This document shows positions 12,592 through 25,538 of a stretch of 64,000 bases of DNA, piece after piece. Within the stretch, counting starts at the first letter, position 1. The number at the start of each line of letters is the position of its first letter. The notes under the pieces were generated by a model. It was not told where the DNA came from. It did not search any database and was given only the letters and a program-made list of their open reading frames with translations. The position numbers were made by a program, and so were the translations under genes. The stretch is taken from NCBI RefSeq assembly GCF_011745625.1, contig NW_027191482.1, positions 186,001 through 250,000 on the forward strand, read 5' to 3'. The stretch comes from Cladosporium halotolerans. Its lineage: Eukaryota.

Positions 12592-13672
12592 ATGGAATGA
12601 AGATGAGGTGGGGCCTGATTTGTCTTGTCATGGTCTCTGATTAAAGCCCGTTGTTGAAATTTTCCAGTATGAGGGTGAGGCGAGAGGTTACTGGGAGTGA
12701 AGCAGTGACCGATTTGCAAAGTCCTCGTTCGATCTTGGGCCGTTCAAACGACAGGAGCGAGCTTAACGCTCGTCTCAACACGGTCATTTTTCATAGTCGT
12801 TGTATTCCAGGAAGTCGCGTCGCAGTTTATCTTGCCATTCCATCGAAGTCGAAGTACAGTATTTTCCGAGCAATTTTGGACGGCATGACAATCACTCACA
12901 ACATTACACAGTCATTAGTAAGATAAGTAGAAGCTCCACCATGTGGCCAAAGGGGTGGAGTGCCTGGGCACGAAAATTGGGGACGCCGGTCTCGCAGGAA
13001 ACGCGCCCACGTGACAAATTGAATCAAGCTCAGGATTGCCGGACCGGAAATGTGACAAGAGAAGCTTGGCTCGAAGAACCCGCCTTAGCCGAACAGTTGA
13101 ACGAACGTGCCTGGAGAACCTTTGTGGAGCCGAGAGCATCCTTCAGCGACTTCGCGAATAACGCTGCAGTGTCTCTTTAGCGAGCACGAAAGATCGGCCA
13201 CGGCGCGTTCTGGAAGACGCATCGAAGGATTCAAGGGAGTGGTTTCCTCGCATTCCCCAAACCTGTCACGACTGTGTCATACATGACTGCACGACTCCAG
13301 GTCTCCCAGGGCAATGCGCGGCGTGGCGACGCGGATCCCCGTGATGACGTTGAACCACCATTGACTCCCGACTTTTCCGACCGACTTTGCACGTCTTTGC
13401 GCTGCCCTCCAACGGGTCCAGGGCATCTGTGGAGCCTCCCATGGAGATATCCCCAAAGCCCGCCAAATCAACGTGGACGTGCGGTAGATACGGGGCCTGA
13501 TCCCGCCTTTTGCTGACACAGAGTTGTCACGGCTGTGAGGTAAGACCTGGAATGCCGCGAGAGATTTGAAACATGTAGACCCTTCTTCAGAGCGATCACT
13601 CGCGTCCTTTTTGCGTTCTCTCTGCCTCTCTTGCGTCCTTCTTCGTATTTTCCATTGGCAGTCAGTTCCAGC

Positions 13673-15532
13673 ATGACCGGCATCACGAGCGCGCAACAAG
13701 CCCCGGCTCCCCATGACGAGAAAAAGGATGAAGGTGCTGTCTTCGATGCCAACAACAATTCTGGCGATGAAAGCCCGACGCGTATTGAAGAGGGACAAAA
13801 AGATGGACTTCTATTGAATCAGGACGAAATACTGCAGAGGGTCAGGGCTGATCCCCATGACCTTCCGGCGATGTATTTGACATGGAAACGCGATGATCCG
13901 ACGAACCCACGGCAATGGCCTAAGTGGAAGAAGTGGTACATTACTTGCTTTGCCAGCTTTCTCAATTTCTTGACGTGAGTCCAGCTCTACACGTTGGAAG
14001 AAATTGCATGCTAATGCGGAGCGACACAGATGTTTATGCGCTGGTGGCTACTCTTCAGCGGCTGAAGACATTACTTCCGCGTTCAACTCCTCCGCAGAGT
14101 TGGGCACTGTGGGTCTGTCGATGTACCTGCTTGGCTTTGCCGTTGGTATGAACACGTCGAAACTCGGATGCGTATAATTGGATCAGACTGACGTCCATTG
14201 ATAGGACCCATGCTTCTCGCACCTCTGTCAGAATACTTTGGCCGCAGCCCAGTCTACATTGGCTCTTGGTTCGTGCTCGTCGTATTCCAAATCCCATTGG
14301 CGGTGGCACAAAACATGAACACCGTTATCGTCTGCCGACTCTTCCAAGGATTCGGTGGCTCTGCTCCTCTCACAAACACTGGAGGTAGCATCTCAGACGT
14401 TTGGGAGCGCAATGAGAGTGGTAATGCCATGATGGTGTACGGTCTGTCGTCGACCTTCAGTCCTCCCATGGCCCTGGTTATCAGCGGATACCTCGTGCTC
14501 AATGAGGGCTGGCGCAACTTGTTCTGGGCCTTGATGGGTATTACTGGAGGAGTTCTCCTCATTATGATCTTCCTTCTGCCAGAGACAAGACACTCCACCA
14601 TCCTTGAGAAAAAAGCCAAGCAGCTCCGCAAAGTCCTAATCAAGGAAGGCTATCCTGAAGCCGCAACTAGAGTCTTCGACGCACACTCCATGGGCGAGAA
14701 GCGAAGCATCCACTCACTGTTTGCTGTCAACCTCACCAGACCCTTCCGCTTCCTCTTTACGGAGGAAATCACGATGGCCGCTGCCGCTTACAACGGCTTC
14801 ATCTATGGCGTGGTCTACCTCTTCAACGAGTCCTTCTCTCTCGTGTTCGGCAGCGAAGAGGGCCATGGCTTCAACACGGGACAGACAGGCCTGACTTTTC
14901 TCGGCATCGCCGTCGGCGCTCTGGTCGCAGCATGCTTCTACCCTCTCCAGGAAAGGTACTACCTACGCCAAGTCGCCCGCAACGGTGGCAAAGGCGTCCC
15001 CGAAGCACGCATGGGACAAGCCCGCTTTGGCGCATTCTTGCTTCCGATTTCGCTCTTCTGGTTCGCCTGGACGTCCTACAGGTCGATTCACTGGATCGTG
15101 CCTATCGTTGGATCCTCGCTGTTCGGAGCTGGTATCTACATCGTCATCCTGGGCGTGCTGAACTATGTTGTGGACAGCTACCAAGTCTTCTCGGCGAGTG
15201 CTCTCGCCGGTGTCATCTTGGTGCGCAATACAGTCGGCTGCATCTTCCCATTATTTGCTGTGAGTACCTCCTCCACCTTCACCAAGCACAATCACTGACC
15301 TCGTCCAGCGCCAAATGTACGAACGTCTCGGCTTCGAATGGGCCAGCACGCTGCTCGCTTTCCTGAGTCTCTTGTTCGTGCCAATTCCCATCTGGTGGTT
15401 CTACAAGGGTAGGGCGCTCAGAAAGAAGTCGCCTTTCGCAAGGTACGATGTATCACGTCTATTTTTGATCGATTGTCGAGCTGACGCGTCTGCAGTCAGC
15501 ATTTCGACCAGGACGAGGACGCGCCTCACTGA
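13673..15532 (+). CDS. MFS transporter, DHA1 (drug:H+ antiporter) family, 5 exons
   Basis: DPTNPRQWPKWKKW, LAPLSEYFGRSPVY, GGSISDVW, FLLPET and PEARM motifs. Four canonical introns splice in frame to a TGA at 15530-15532. Confidence 0.9.
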
Positions 15533-15792
15533 GGTCTTTAACACGCATGAAACATTCCTGCCATGGCTGGCCATTGAGATCATATTGCAAGGATCGCGAG
15601 ATGCTGCACTTTGGGCTGATTTGTTATGGGTGCTGGTTCCGCCGATCTCTAGCATTTTGTTTGTCTGCCATCATGGAATGATCAGCTGCCTTGCGCGGTC
15701 AAGAATTTGCATACAGTCCATTATGAAATCTGCATTAGCATTAACTGCAAAGGAATTCGTTAGGCGCGTGTCATTGTGAGCAGTATGGCCGA

Positions 15793-17388
15793 TCACTGGA
15801 AGCTCTGCTTCAGCAAATGAGGCTTGCGATCATCGAGATCCAGAATCATCTGTCCGAACAACCCGTTCGCCCAAGAGAACCTGCGCAGCCAGTCAGAGGG
15901 GGTCACAAGGAACGAGCGGAATCTTCGAACTCACCATTGCCTCGTCCAGTCGCTCTCGTTGAACGAATTGATACTCTCATGAATCAATCCCAGGCCGTCA
16001 GTCGAGCTCACAATCTCCTGCAACTGCCCCGTAATCTCCGCGTCGTCGTCGCTCGTGAAGATCCGCACAATGCTCGCCATCGGCCACGCCATGCCAGGGC
16101 CTTGGTGAGGTCCGCCGATAGAGTTGATCACCGGGCCGCGCATGAAGTACGGATTCCCAGCGCTGAGGATGAGATCGCGCGTGTTCTGGTAGACGCTGTC
16201 GTTGGCGTCTAGGTAGCCCAGGAAGGGCGCGGAGAGCAACGAGGGGATGTTGGCGTCGTCCATGATGTTCTGGGAGAAGAAGCCGTCGACTTCGAAGGCG
16301 TAGATTTTGCCGTGTGAGGGTGTGTCGACGATGCCGTGTTTGCTGATGGCGTCGCGGATGTTGTTGGACATGGCTGTCATGCGGCCGGCGAGCTCGGAGC
16401 TGTTGGAGCCGTCGAGTGCTGAGACAATGTCTGCTGCGGATCCCAGGAAGCGAGAGAACATCATGTTGGCGGGGATGAAGAGCTGAAAGATCGTAGAATC
16501 ATCCGAAGGTCGGAAGGCGGACCTCACAAGGCCTGTGCCATTTTGAACCGGATTCCCGATACCATCATTAGCTAGAGTCTCAGTCGCGCGGTTGGTCAGA
16601 CGCGTGAAGGTGTAGGGCGAGTCGAGGACTTGGCCGTCCTCACCGTACGTGGGCGTCATCATCGCTTCCGCAACTGATAGCACTGCCTGCACGGCAGAGA
16701 TCCAGCTGTATTTGCCGAAGAACTCGGTGTCCTGAGTGGCTTTCCAGTAGTTCGAGGAGACTTCCAGGAACGACGCAATTGAGTCGAGCTCATACTTGCA
16801 TTCGAACACAGACTGGTTGTTATAGTGTGGGACCACAGTATCCTCGCTGGCCGAGGGATTCGGTGCAGGCTCAATGCCAGATTCTACAGGCGGCTGAAAG
16901 GAGTTGCAGTAAGGTGACGTGAGGAGGTATCGAGCCTGCAGATTGATGACACCGCGGTAGAGGGACGCGATAGAATCTGGCGATGATGACGCCTCTAGCA
17001 GTGGGAGGTACGACTGCATTTGGTTTGCGCTGTCTCTCAACCACATCGCATTGATATCCCCCGTAATGATGAAGCAAAGGTCCTCATCGCTTCCTTCGGC
17101 GAAGCCCTTCCATCTGATCGCAGTATCCAGCGTGTTCGGGTATGTGTTTTCGAACAGTCTTCGCAGATCGGGATCAGAGATGTCTCCTTTGACACGATTG
17201 ACAGTGTCTTCGACTACAGAGGAGTTGAAGGTCCGACAACCTGGTTCCGGTCGCTGGTATGAAAGGTTGTATCTTCCGTCTGAGAATGGACCGTGTGGCT
17301 GCTCGGCGTAGTCTAGGTAGTCGGGACACTGGGCGTTGGAGACAGCCAACGTAGCAGCCGCTAGGGAAAGCTCACGAAAACCAACCAT
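15793..17388 (-). CDS. GH125 exo-alpha-1,6-mannosidase family (Mug157/DUF1237-like), secreted
   Basis: [58 protein letters not shown]. The last exon WFSWANGLF...SFQ* follows an intron. Confidence 0.92.
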
Positions 17389-18350
17389 GTTGTCTTCTTC
17401 GCAGACGCTTCAAGTCGGTGCGTTGGAGTGTATGAATCAACAAGACAGCCCGTGAAGCAACAAACCGGGCGATCGCTGCCTTTATGCAGCTCTACCACGC
17501 TGAGGTTACCTCGACTTAGCGTCCGCCGAACGGCAGTGACTGCAGGAGTGGTCGACGTTCCGTGCGTCAAACTCGCATTTCCCCTCCCGGTGGGTTGATC
17601 ACCCGAGTGAGTCCCCAGTGACTACCTTGAGGGTTCCATACGAGCAGCCCCTATCTGACCTGCTTTCCAACGGTGATGCATGCACCAACATCACACAGGA
17701 GGCAGATGGCTGAGCGCCATCGCCATGGACTAGTGGCTTGAAAACCTCGATTTGAACATCTCATCAGTCACCAGTATCTGGTCGGTGTAGAGTTAAGGCA
17801 GTGGACATGACGTCTGGCGCGACGCTTGACTTTCCTGTTCCTGGGCTGCTGGCGGAGCATGTGCGCGGGGAACGTTGCTTCGTGCGCTTCGGCTCCACAT
17901 TCGATGCGTAGGTCTGCCGAAGTGTGACCATGGGCATGGCATGTAGCGCGGTGTAGCATTCGGGTTCTAGTCTTCCTTTCCGGCGGGATCCTCATCGAGC
18001 ATATGCGCTACCTCATCTGGGAGTCTGTGGCGTATTGATTTGAAGAGTGAGTACGGCATATGCACGCTCGCGTCGACAGACACTTTCCCAAGGCTTCTCG
18101 GCAATGTTAAGGTAACATGGCGCGCTACCCTCGCCTTCATATTCTGGGAAAAAAAATAACGGTTTCGAGGGTTAGATCCACGAGCTGCACACCCGATGTT
18201 TTAGGCGTGCGGAGCTCGTTGGCGCTGATCGACGAGCAGCACGTGCAAGATCACCCTTGCCCCCTGGGAAACGTCGCCCATTCCGTGTCTCACGTGGAAG
18301 ACATGACCTACACATCAAAGGGTGTTGCATACATTCGTGGGAGTTTGGTT

Positions 18351-19629
18351 CTAGCCGTACATAATACGATGGACCTCTTCACCAATAGCCAAGCTGCTTG
18401 TCAGGCCTGGACTCTCAATGCCCAGCAGATTGACGAAGCCCTCGAACCCATCCTCCTTCTTGATGTAGAAGTCCTGGAAACCTTTGCCGCTACCGACAGC
18501 ACCCATCCTCTGCAGCTTAGGCCTGATACCTGCGTAGTCCAAAGCCAGGGCATCAGTGTCCACTCCAGGGAGGAAGGACTTGATCGACTGCACGGCTGTG
18601 GTGAACCGGACCGGATCGCTCGTCGGAGCCAGGTCATCTGGAGAGTCCACCCACTCTACGTCGGGTCCAAAACGTATGCGACCTCCCATGTCGAGGGTGA
18701 GATGTGTCCCAAGGCCACCGAGTCCCGGTGTTGGAGCCGGGTAGATGAGTGTTGAGGTTTTGGGGAACGATTTGGCGTAGCTGAAGTAGTTGCCCTTGGC
18801 GTAATACTGTGTCCTATGCCTCTCAGGTGGTAAGATCATGTTGTTGACGTCGCAGGCATAGAGGCCGGCGCTGTTAATGACAGTTTCTGCAGTGATGTAT
18901 GTGTCATCCTCTGCTGCGCTCTGCCCAGGCGATGTCGTCCAGATTTTCCAGTCAGGACTGCCTGGCGAAGGTGCTTCTACTCTTACCACGCGGCTTGCGA
19001 GCGCAGTGTCGCCTCCTTCGTTCTCGAAGTCACCGTGCAGAAACTGCATGTAGCTGTGTGAGTCTACGATGCCGGTCGTGGGGCTCTCTAGAGCACCGGC
19101 TTCCGCGCGCACTTCAGGCTCTCTGTGCGCTATTTCGTCTCGAGATACGTATCCAATAGGCACTCCTATCGATTTCGCAAAATCATGGACCTTGTGGCAT
19201 TCACCCATTTGCTCTTCCGTCTGTGCGACAATCAATTTGCCACAATTGCTGTGAGGAATGGCGTTCTTCTTGCAGAGATCGTACATCATCTCCTTGCCCT
19301 GTATGCATAGTCGCGTCTTGAGGCTGTCTTTCGCATAATACAGCCCAGCATGTATCACCTACTCGTGGATCAGTGCCATGTTGTGTTGTCTGCAATGCGA
19401 CACTCAGACTTACCTCGGAGTTGCGACTGCTCGTCTCGCTACCCACCATCCCATGCTTCTCGATCAACACCGTGCTAACGCCATCTCTCTGCTGCAGCCG
19501 TCTGGCGATAGCTAAACCAACAGCACCACCTCCAATGACCGCGTGCGTGAAGTCGGCTTGGTGGGTTGCTGTGCTGGAGAAGCAACGCGCGGAGTGGCGG
19601 AGCGCCCTTGCGCCGCCGCGCGAGAACAT
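18351..19629 (-). CDS. L-2-hydroxyglutarate dehydrogenase, mitochondrial FAD oxidoreductase
   Basis: Arg-rich presequence, [11 protein letters not shown] motif, [54 protein letters not shown]. One intron. Confidence 0.92.
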
Positions 19630-20321
19630 TGGAGCGCGCAACAGTGAGGAAGAGATCTAGCCTCGCAGATGCGCTGTCTTATGCACAGATTCCTATTGAA
19701 GCCCAAAATGCTTTTGGCCCGAAGCTATTGGTGTCTCGTAGACCACCCCCAGCACGCAAGTTCGGACGTTTTTCTCTCCGACAATTGACCGTGTGGCGGG
19801 CCTGCAGAGCAAGAGAACTGTCTACTAGGGTCCCACATACAGATTATGGCAAAGACTGTTTCTCGAGATCATATTGGAAATTGCGAAGTACACAGATTAT
19901 CAATTGCTGGAATGCTCTGCCCTTGAGATTTCTGGTCTGTGATGCTCATGCACATAAGGTACACTTCATGTGATAACAGTTTGCAGGTGGGCCGTGAGAC
20001 CCTCTGACGACCTTCCACCTAACTCTTATTTCTGTGACTTGACCGAGCCGAGCAGAATACAGCCCTCAACTCTAGACCTCCAAGAACTTCAGTCGGATCG
20101 GAGAGCCTGTTCCCTGCAAACTTTCGGATATAAAGTGGTGAATTTTGTAATCAAGACTTCCAGGTTACAAGTCAAGCTAGAAACGCGCCCTTCAACATCC
20201 GGCTCGGTGCATGAGTCAACAGTGTGACTGCAATCGCATCAATCATTGTGGCAACAGTATATTAAGCACCGATTCTCTGGCATTGTCGCTCTAATACTTC
20301 GATCCCATTATCGACGGAACA

Positions 20322-21793
20322 ATGGTCCTCAAAAACGTCACACCCCGGCCGAAGTATGACCCGCTGGCGGCCATCAAACGCTCTGAGACCATCGAGTGCG
20401 GTACAGAAGCACGAAAACACTTCGCCATTGCCGATGGCTACCACAACCTCAACCACGGTAGGCCATTTTAGGCCATTTTGAAACATTTTGATGCAATTGG
20501 CACAGTCCGTCTGGCATAGATTGCATCCAATGGCTGATCCTTTCGCTAGGCTCCTTTGGCACCTATCCCAAAGAAATCGGCAATGTCCTTCGTCACTACC
20601 AGGATCTAGCGGAAGAAAGACCGGATGTTTTCATTCGTTATGACTATCCCAAGGCGCTCGATGAAGCTCGCGCGGCTATCGCCGAGTATCTCAAGGCCCC
20701 TGTGGAAGGCTGTGTCTTCGTCCCCAATGCGAGCACAGGCACCAATACCGTCCTGCGAAACCTGGTATATCAGCCTGGCGATGTGATCATCTATTTTGCA
20801 ACGGTTTATGGAGCCTGCGGGAAGACTGTCGCATACATCACCGAAACGACCCCGGCGACCTCACACATGGTCGAGTACACCTACCCTCTGTCCGACGACG
20901 AGCTCTGCTCCAAGTTTGAGCAAGCCATAAAAGGCATCAAAGCCGAAGGCAAGAACCCGCGCGTCGCGATCTACGACACCATCGCCTCGCAGCCGGGCGT
21001 CCGCATGCCTTTCGAGCGCCTGACGGAGCTCTGCCGCCAGCACGGCGTCCTCAGCTGCATCGACGGCGCGCACAGCGTAGGCGGCATTCCGCTCGAGCTG
21101 GGCAAGCTGGATCCCGATTTCTACGTGAGCAACTGCCACAAGTGGCTGCACGTCCCCAGAGGCTGCGCAGTGCTCTACGTGCCGGAGCGGAACCACGCTC
21201 TCATGCGGTCCACCCTGCCGACCAGCCACGGCTTCGTCCCAGCCCCAGTCGACGGCGCGGCTGACATTCGCTCACCGCTGCCGCCCTCTGCGAAGACCGC
21301 CTTCGTCAACAGCTTTGAGTTCGTGGGAACGGTCGACAACGGCCCGACGCTCTGCGTGCCCGCGGCGCTGGAGTGGCGTAAGAAGCTCACCTGGAAAGGC
21401 AAGCAGGGCGAGAACGCGATCTACGCTTACACCGAGCACCTCGCGCACGAGGCCGGCGAGCTCATGGCTTCTGCCCTCGGGACCGAAGTCATGGAGAACG
21501 CGGAAGGGACGCTGGCCAAGTGCTTCTTCAGCAATGTCCGCTTGCCGCTGTCATTCCAGGACCAGGCGCAGGGCGACGTCGGGAAGGCGTTTGAGATCGT
21601 CACCTGGATGTCGCGCGTTCTGGTCGACGAGTATGATACTTTCATGGGGTTCAACTTTTACGCGGACGCGTGGTGGGTTAGGCTGAGCGCGCAGGTGTAT
21701 CTGACGCTCGAAGATTTTAAGTGGGGCACTGAGGTGCTGAAGGAGGTCTGTGAGAGGGTCAAGAAGGGAGAGTGGAAGACGGAAGGAGCGTGA
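20322..21793 (+). CDS. Class V PLP enzyme, hercynylcysteine sulfoxide lyase (Egt2)/LolT-like
   Basis: NLNHG|SFGTYP across intron 20458-20549, FVPNASTGTN, IDGAH, SNCHKW (PLP lysine), PTSHG, RLSAQVYL. Confidence 0.85.
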
Positions 21794-22329
21794 GCCGCTG
21801 CTAGACTCTGAATGGGGGGACATTCCGTGTCTTTTAGACCCACAACCATTGTGTACCTTCTGCAAGAAAACGTTGCGCGGTAAAGCCATTCTGCTATCCT
21901 GTTAGCTCACGGGTGCTGGCATTTCCTATAGAAGTTTTATTAGTATATCTTGGAGATCCTAACATGAGTGCGGTTCGGAAAAGCCTCTCTGTGATCCGGA
22001 TACGAGTTGAGATGCTACTATCGCCTCCCAAAGTCTCGACATGACTTTGACCGACGAGTGCTGGGGCATCGTGGCTGTCATACACCAGAGCTTTGGAGAA
22101 GTGATCGTCAGTGATGAGCAATTACAAGCTGAAGTGTACTCAGACATTGTGACTATAGTACATGGTCATTCATGGTATCTATCAATTGCGCGGTTCCCTC
22201 GCGCAATTATGTCGTACAAACAGGTTCCCTCTATTTTACAAATCATTCACAGCATCTGCATACGCAGAGAACCACTGGACTCTCGAGCAGCTCGCCAGCT
22301 ATACATTAGCTATGACAGCAGGTACGGAC

Positions 22330-23469
22330 TCATTCACTGTTCATCTTGAGTGAGAATGGATTGCCTTGCCACGTCAACGACACGGTCTTCAAGGGCATCG
22401 TTGTCCCTTCGGGAGCAGTGGGCTTGGTTGATGGCACCTCTTCGTATTTTGTTGTGACTCCCACACCCGCAAGACCTCGCTCTCCTGCGACAGCATTCCA
22501 GATGAATTGCCTAATGTAGCCGTCCGGATCGACGTGCAAAGCCCCAACAGGCGAAGGGCTCCTCTGCACGCCGTCCACCACGCCTCTCGTCAAAGGCTTA
22601 CTGGATGCGAGGAGGGCAAGAGCGCCCTCACCCTGCCATTCGCTAGGCGCGCCTGCAGGAGCTCCCTCGAGCTCACGAATGGTGGCCGGCGAGGCACGGG
22701 GGACCTTGCACTGCACCAGCACCTTGATCTGATGAGGCTCGCCAGGCAGGTCCCAGTGTCCTATGAGATCGATCCCCTTATCGTTGCTCTTCCCCGACCT
22801 ATGCAGTCGAAAGCCAAACGCCTTCAAGGACTCCATGACCCTGTACTCGTACAGCGTCCCTACATAGACCGTCGACTGCGAGCTGAGGCCGCTTTGTTCC
22901 ACGAACTCGTTGAAGCTCTGCAGGTCATGATGTTTATCCGAGCTTGCAATGATGGCTCTCGTCCTGCTTGTGGCTTGCCCCTTCGCAACCGCTACGCTTC
23001 TGGAAATACTCTGCTCCAGACGGGCTTGCCTCTCAAGAAGTCCAAGCAAAGGTGTTGGTTTCGGCACCTCCTTCGCGCGTGTTTCCGGCTGCGGCTTCGC
23101 TGGCTCTCCCTTGGAGCGCTTCCCGGATGTAATTTCGCTTTTTGGCTGCGACTTTTTTCGATCATTTATCAGAGTACTTCTAACTAGCAAGGGCCCTTTC
23201 GCCTGCAGCTGGGCTGCCTCTTTATAGGAAGATTTCCGGAAGAGCTTTTCCTTAGCAAGAAGCTTTCTAAAGGACGAGGCCCTTTTTAGCTGCGACTTTG
23301 ATGGCTTTTTAGAGGAATTGTGATCCTCTCTGGAAGACTTGGCGCTTTGGCCATTGTCGCGGTCGGGTTTTTGGCGCGGAAGACAAGAGACGGATGTCGT
23401 CGAGAAGATCCGGCTGGACGGGCGCATCAAGGAGCGCGGGGTGGAGAGGAAGCCATGGCGGCTCAACAT
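22330..23469 (-). CDS. RRG7: Rrg7/DUF2034 mitochondrial PD-(D/E)XK-fold protein
   Basis: GTLYEY, DKGIDLIGHW, VLVQCK, IRELEG motifs. The N-terminus MLSRHGFLSTPRSL resembles a mitochondrial presequence. Confidence 0.75.
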   Translation of the reverse strand: MLSRHGFLSTPRSLMRPSSRIFSTTSVSCLPRQKPDRDNGQSAKSSREDHNSSKKPSKSQLKRASSFRKLLAKEKLFRKSSYKEAAQLQAKGPLLVRSTLINDRKKSQPKSEITSGKRSKGEPAKPQPETRAKEVPKPTPLLGLLERQARLEQSISRSVAVAKGQATSRTRAIIASSDKHHDLQSFNEFVEQSGLSSQSTVYVGTLYEYRVMESLKAFGFRLHRSGKSNDKGIDLIGHWDLPGEPHQIKVLVQCKVPRASPATIRELEGAPAGAPSEWQGEGALALLASSKPLTRGVVDGVQRSPSPVGALHVDPDGYIRQFIWNAVAGERGLAGVGVTTKYEEVPSTKPTAPEGTTMPLKTVSLTWQGNPFSLKMNSE

Positions 23470-23770
23470 AGAGACGCGATGCGGCAAAGCGACTGCAATC
23501 AGCCGGCTTGATATGCCGCAGGAGGTTCGAGGGAAGAAGATGTCGGGAGAAAGGTGTCGGATCTCGATTAGCGATATTTCCGTCACCAGACTGAGCCAAA
23601 CCCTCAGGGCCCTCCTGCCGAACGTGGAGGCGGCCCGCGTTTCGCGCATTGATGCTCGCGATCACATGCGAACGCTCGACTCTTTACACCCAACGACAGA
23701 CAGAGACGAGCGTTCGTTCGCTTTGAACCCATCCTTGACACGGGCACAGTGAAGCTGTCAATTTGCCAAC

Positions 23771-24361
23771 ATGGATCGCCTGACACAGCTGCAAGACACC
23801 CTCGACGACGTATGTAAAGCTCGTGATGCGCCAACACCTCTGCGAACGCTAACAGCGGCCCAGCTCTTGACGCAAATGTACGCCAGTCTGAACTACATCC
23901 AGCAGAAGCATCCATACGGCGACTTCCCCGACCAGCCTAGCCAAGCAGAACCGCCTGCGCCTGCTCCTAGCACCACGAAAGCCCTCACGAACGGCGACGC
24001 CGCGACCGCCAAAGCAGAGCCCAATGGCAATGTCAAAGTGAAAGAAGAGAAGAAAGAAGAGGACAAGAAAGCCGACAAGGCAGACGGGGCGCCGACGCAC
24101 ATCCCTGACCAGCCGGATATCTTCGAGTCGACAATGCGCGAGATGGCGCGCAGCCTGATTTTGCAGGAGCAGAAGGCCGAGATCCTGATCAATAGTATGC
24201 CGGGTATCGGGCACAACGAGGAAAATCAGATGGCGAGGATGTCTGCTTTGATGGAGGAGCTGAAGCAGGTCGAAGGAGAGAGGGCGAAAGCTGAAGTAGA
24301 TCGCCAGAAGATGGTCGACACGCTGGGAGAGGTCATTGTTAGTGTCCAACGTGTGAGATGA
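23771..24361 (+). CDS. MED21: Mediator subunit 21 (Srb7)
   Basis: MDRLTQLQD start, LINSMPGIG and a C-terminal coiled coil. 54-nt intron 23810-23863. Confidence 0.92.
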   Translation: MDRLTQLQDTLDDVCKARDAPTPLRTLTAAQLLTQMYASLNYIQQKHPYGDFPDQPSQAEPPAPAPSTTKALTNGDAATAKAEPNGNVKVKEEKKEEDKKADKADGAPTHIPDQPDIFESTMREMARSLILQEQKAEILINSMPGIGHNEENQMARMSALMEELKQVEGERAKAEVDRQKMVDTLGEVIVSVQRVR

Positions 24362-24768
24362 GGATCTTGCTCGTATTGATTGCCTTCAACTCTGTCTGTT
24401 GTGCCGACCTACAGCGACCAGAGAACTCTACCTCAGTGGCATATGCTTACCAAAGCTTCCCAAGGTGAGTATACGCGAGGTGTGTTTATACACGGTACGC
24501 CCTCGTAAAGATGTCTGGCATCATGCAGCTGCAAAGTTGCCAGAGGGCTGAAGTTTCCACATCTCTTTACGACACTTGCAGTGCGTAATGTGAAGCGTGC
24601 GTTGCCCACATGACGATGCGACTGCCACGTGGGCCGTGGCTGCTACAATGCCACGACGCAAGTTCGATAGATGGCAAGCGACCAGCGCTCATCAAAGATT
24701 GATCAACCATCCTACGAACATCATTTGGTACAGCATCACTCCCGGTGTTTCACATCTATCGATTCGAC

Positions 24769-25368
24769 ATGGAAGTCGTCAGAAGCATACGCAAGCGGCG
24801 CTCACTGTACCTCGACCTACCAAGACACCCACTCTCCTCACTCAAAGACCAATTACCCAGCCACTCGCGAGTGACTGCCAACAGCGACCAGCAGGAGCGC
24901 AGTCAGACGAGCTCCACCGCTCCCTCCAAACCGCTCCCTCACGACCCAGCCCACAACGCCTTCGAAGAAAGCTTCACCGCAGCTCTCTCCAACCCGAATC
25001 CCACCTACGACGGCGCCCACGACGATTATCATGATTGCACGCCCCTCTTGAACGCGTTTCACGCCACCGACTCCCCCCAAGAGACCCACACCCCTCAAGA
25101 CCGCCCTCCCATCAAGCCCCCGGGCAAATCCAAGCCTATTCTTGGCATCTGCAACTGGCACGAAATCTGCCGGAATGCGCAGTACACGCGACCGGTGGCT
25201 GATATCCTGCGACAAGTGTTGGGAGATGGAGAGCCGAAGATGCACCGTGGAGAGCGTCGCTACGAGCAGCTTTCTGAGCGCGATGTTGCAGGAATAACTT
25301 CAGAAGGACACCGGGGTGGTAGAAAGCGAGGGTGGTGGGACTCATTGAGGACGAGATGTAGAAGGTGA
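24769..25368 (+). CDS. Hypothetical 199-aa protein
   Basis: ATG-initiated ORF filling the gap between MED21 and AVL9; no recognisable domain. Confidence 0.45.
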   Translation: MEVVRSIRKRRSLYLDLPRHPLSSLKDQLPSHSRVTANSDQQERSQTSSTAPSKPLPHDPAHNAFEESFTAALSNPNPTYDGAHDDYHDCTPLLNAFHATDSPQETHTPQDRPPIKPPGKSKPILGICNWHEICRNAQYTRPVADILRQVLGDGEPKMHRGERRYEQLSERDVAGITSEGHRGGRKRGWWDSLRTRCRR

Positions 25369-25538
25369 CGAAGCGCGGGAGAGGCATCTTCGGGGGAAAA
25401 GGGAACGGTGACGGCCCACTCTTGAACTAACGGATATCTACTGGGGACGACCTACGATTAGCGGGATAGAGGCCGAGGGGATTCTTTCAGGTGGAAATAG
25501 AACCAATTATGCTGATTATGTGCAGTGCATTACATATC

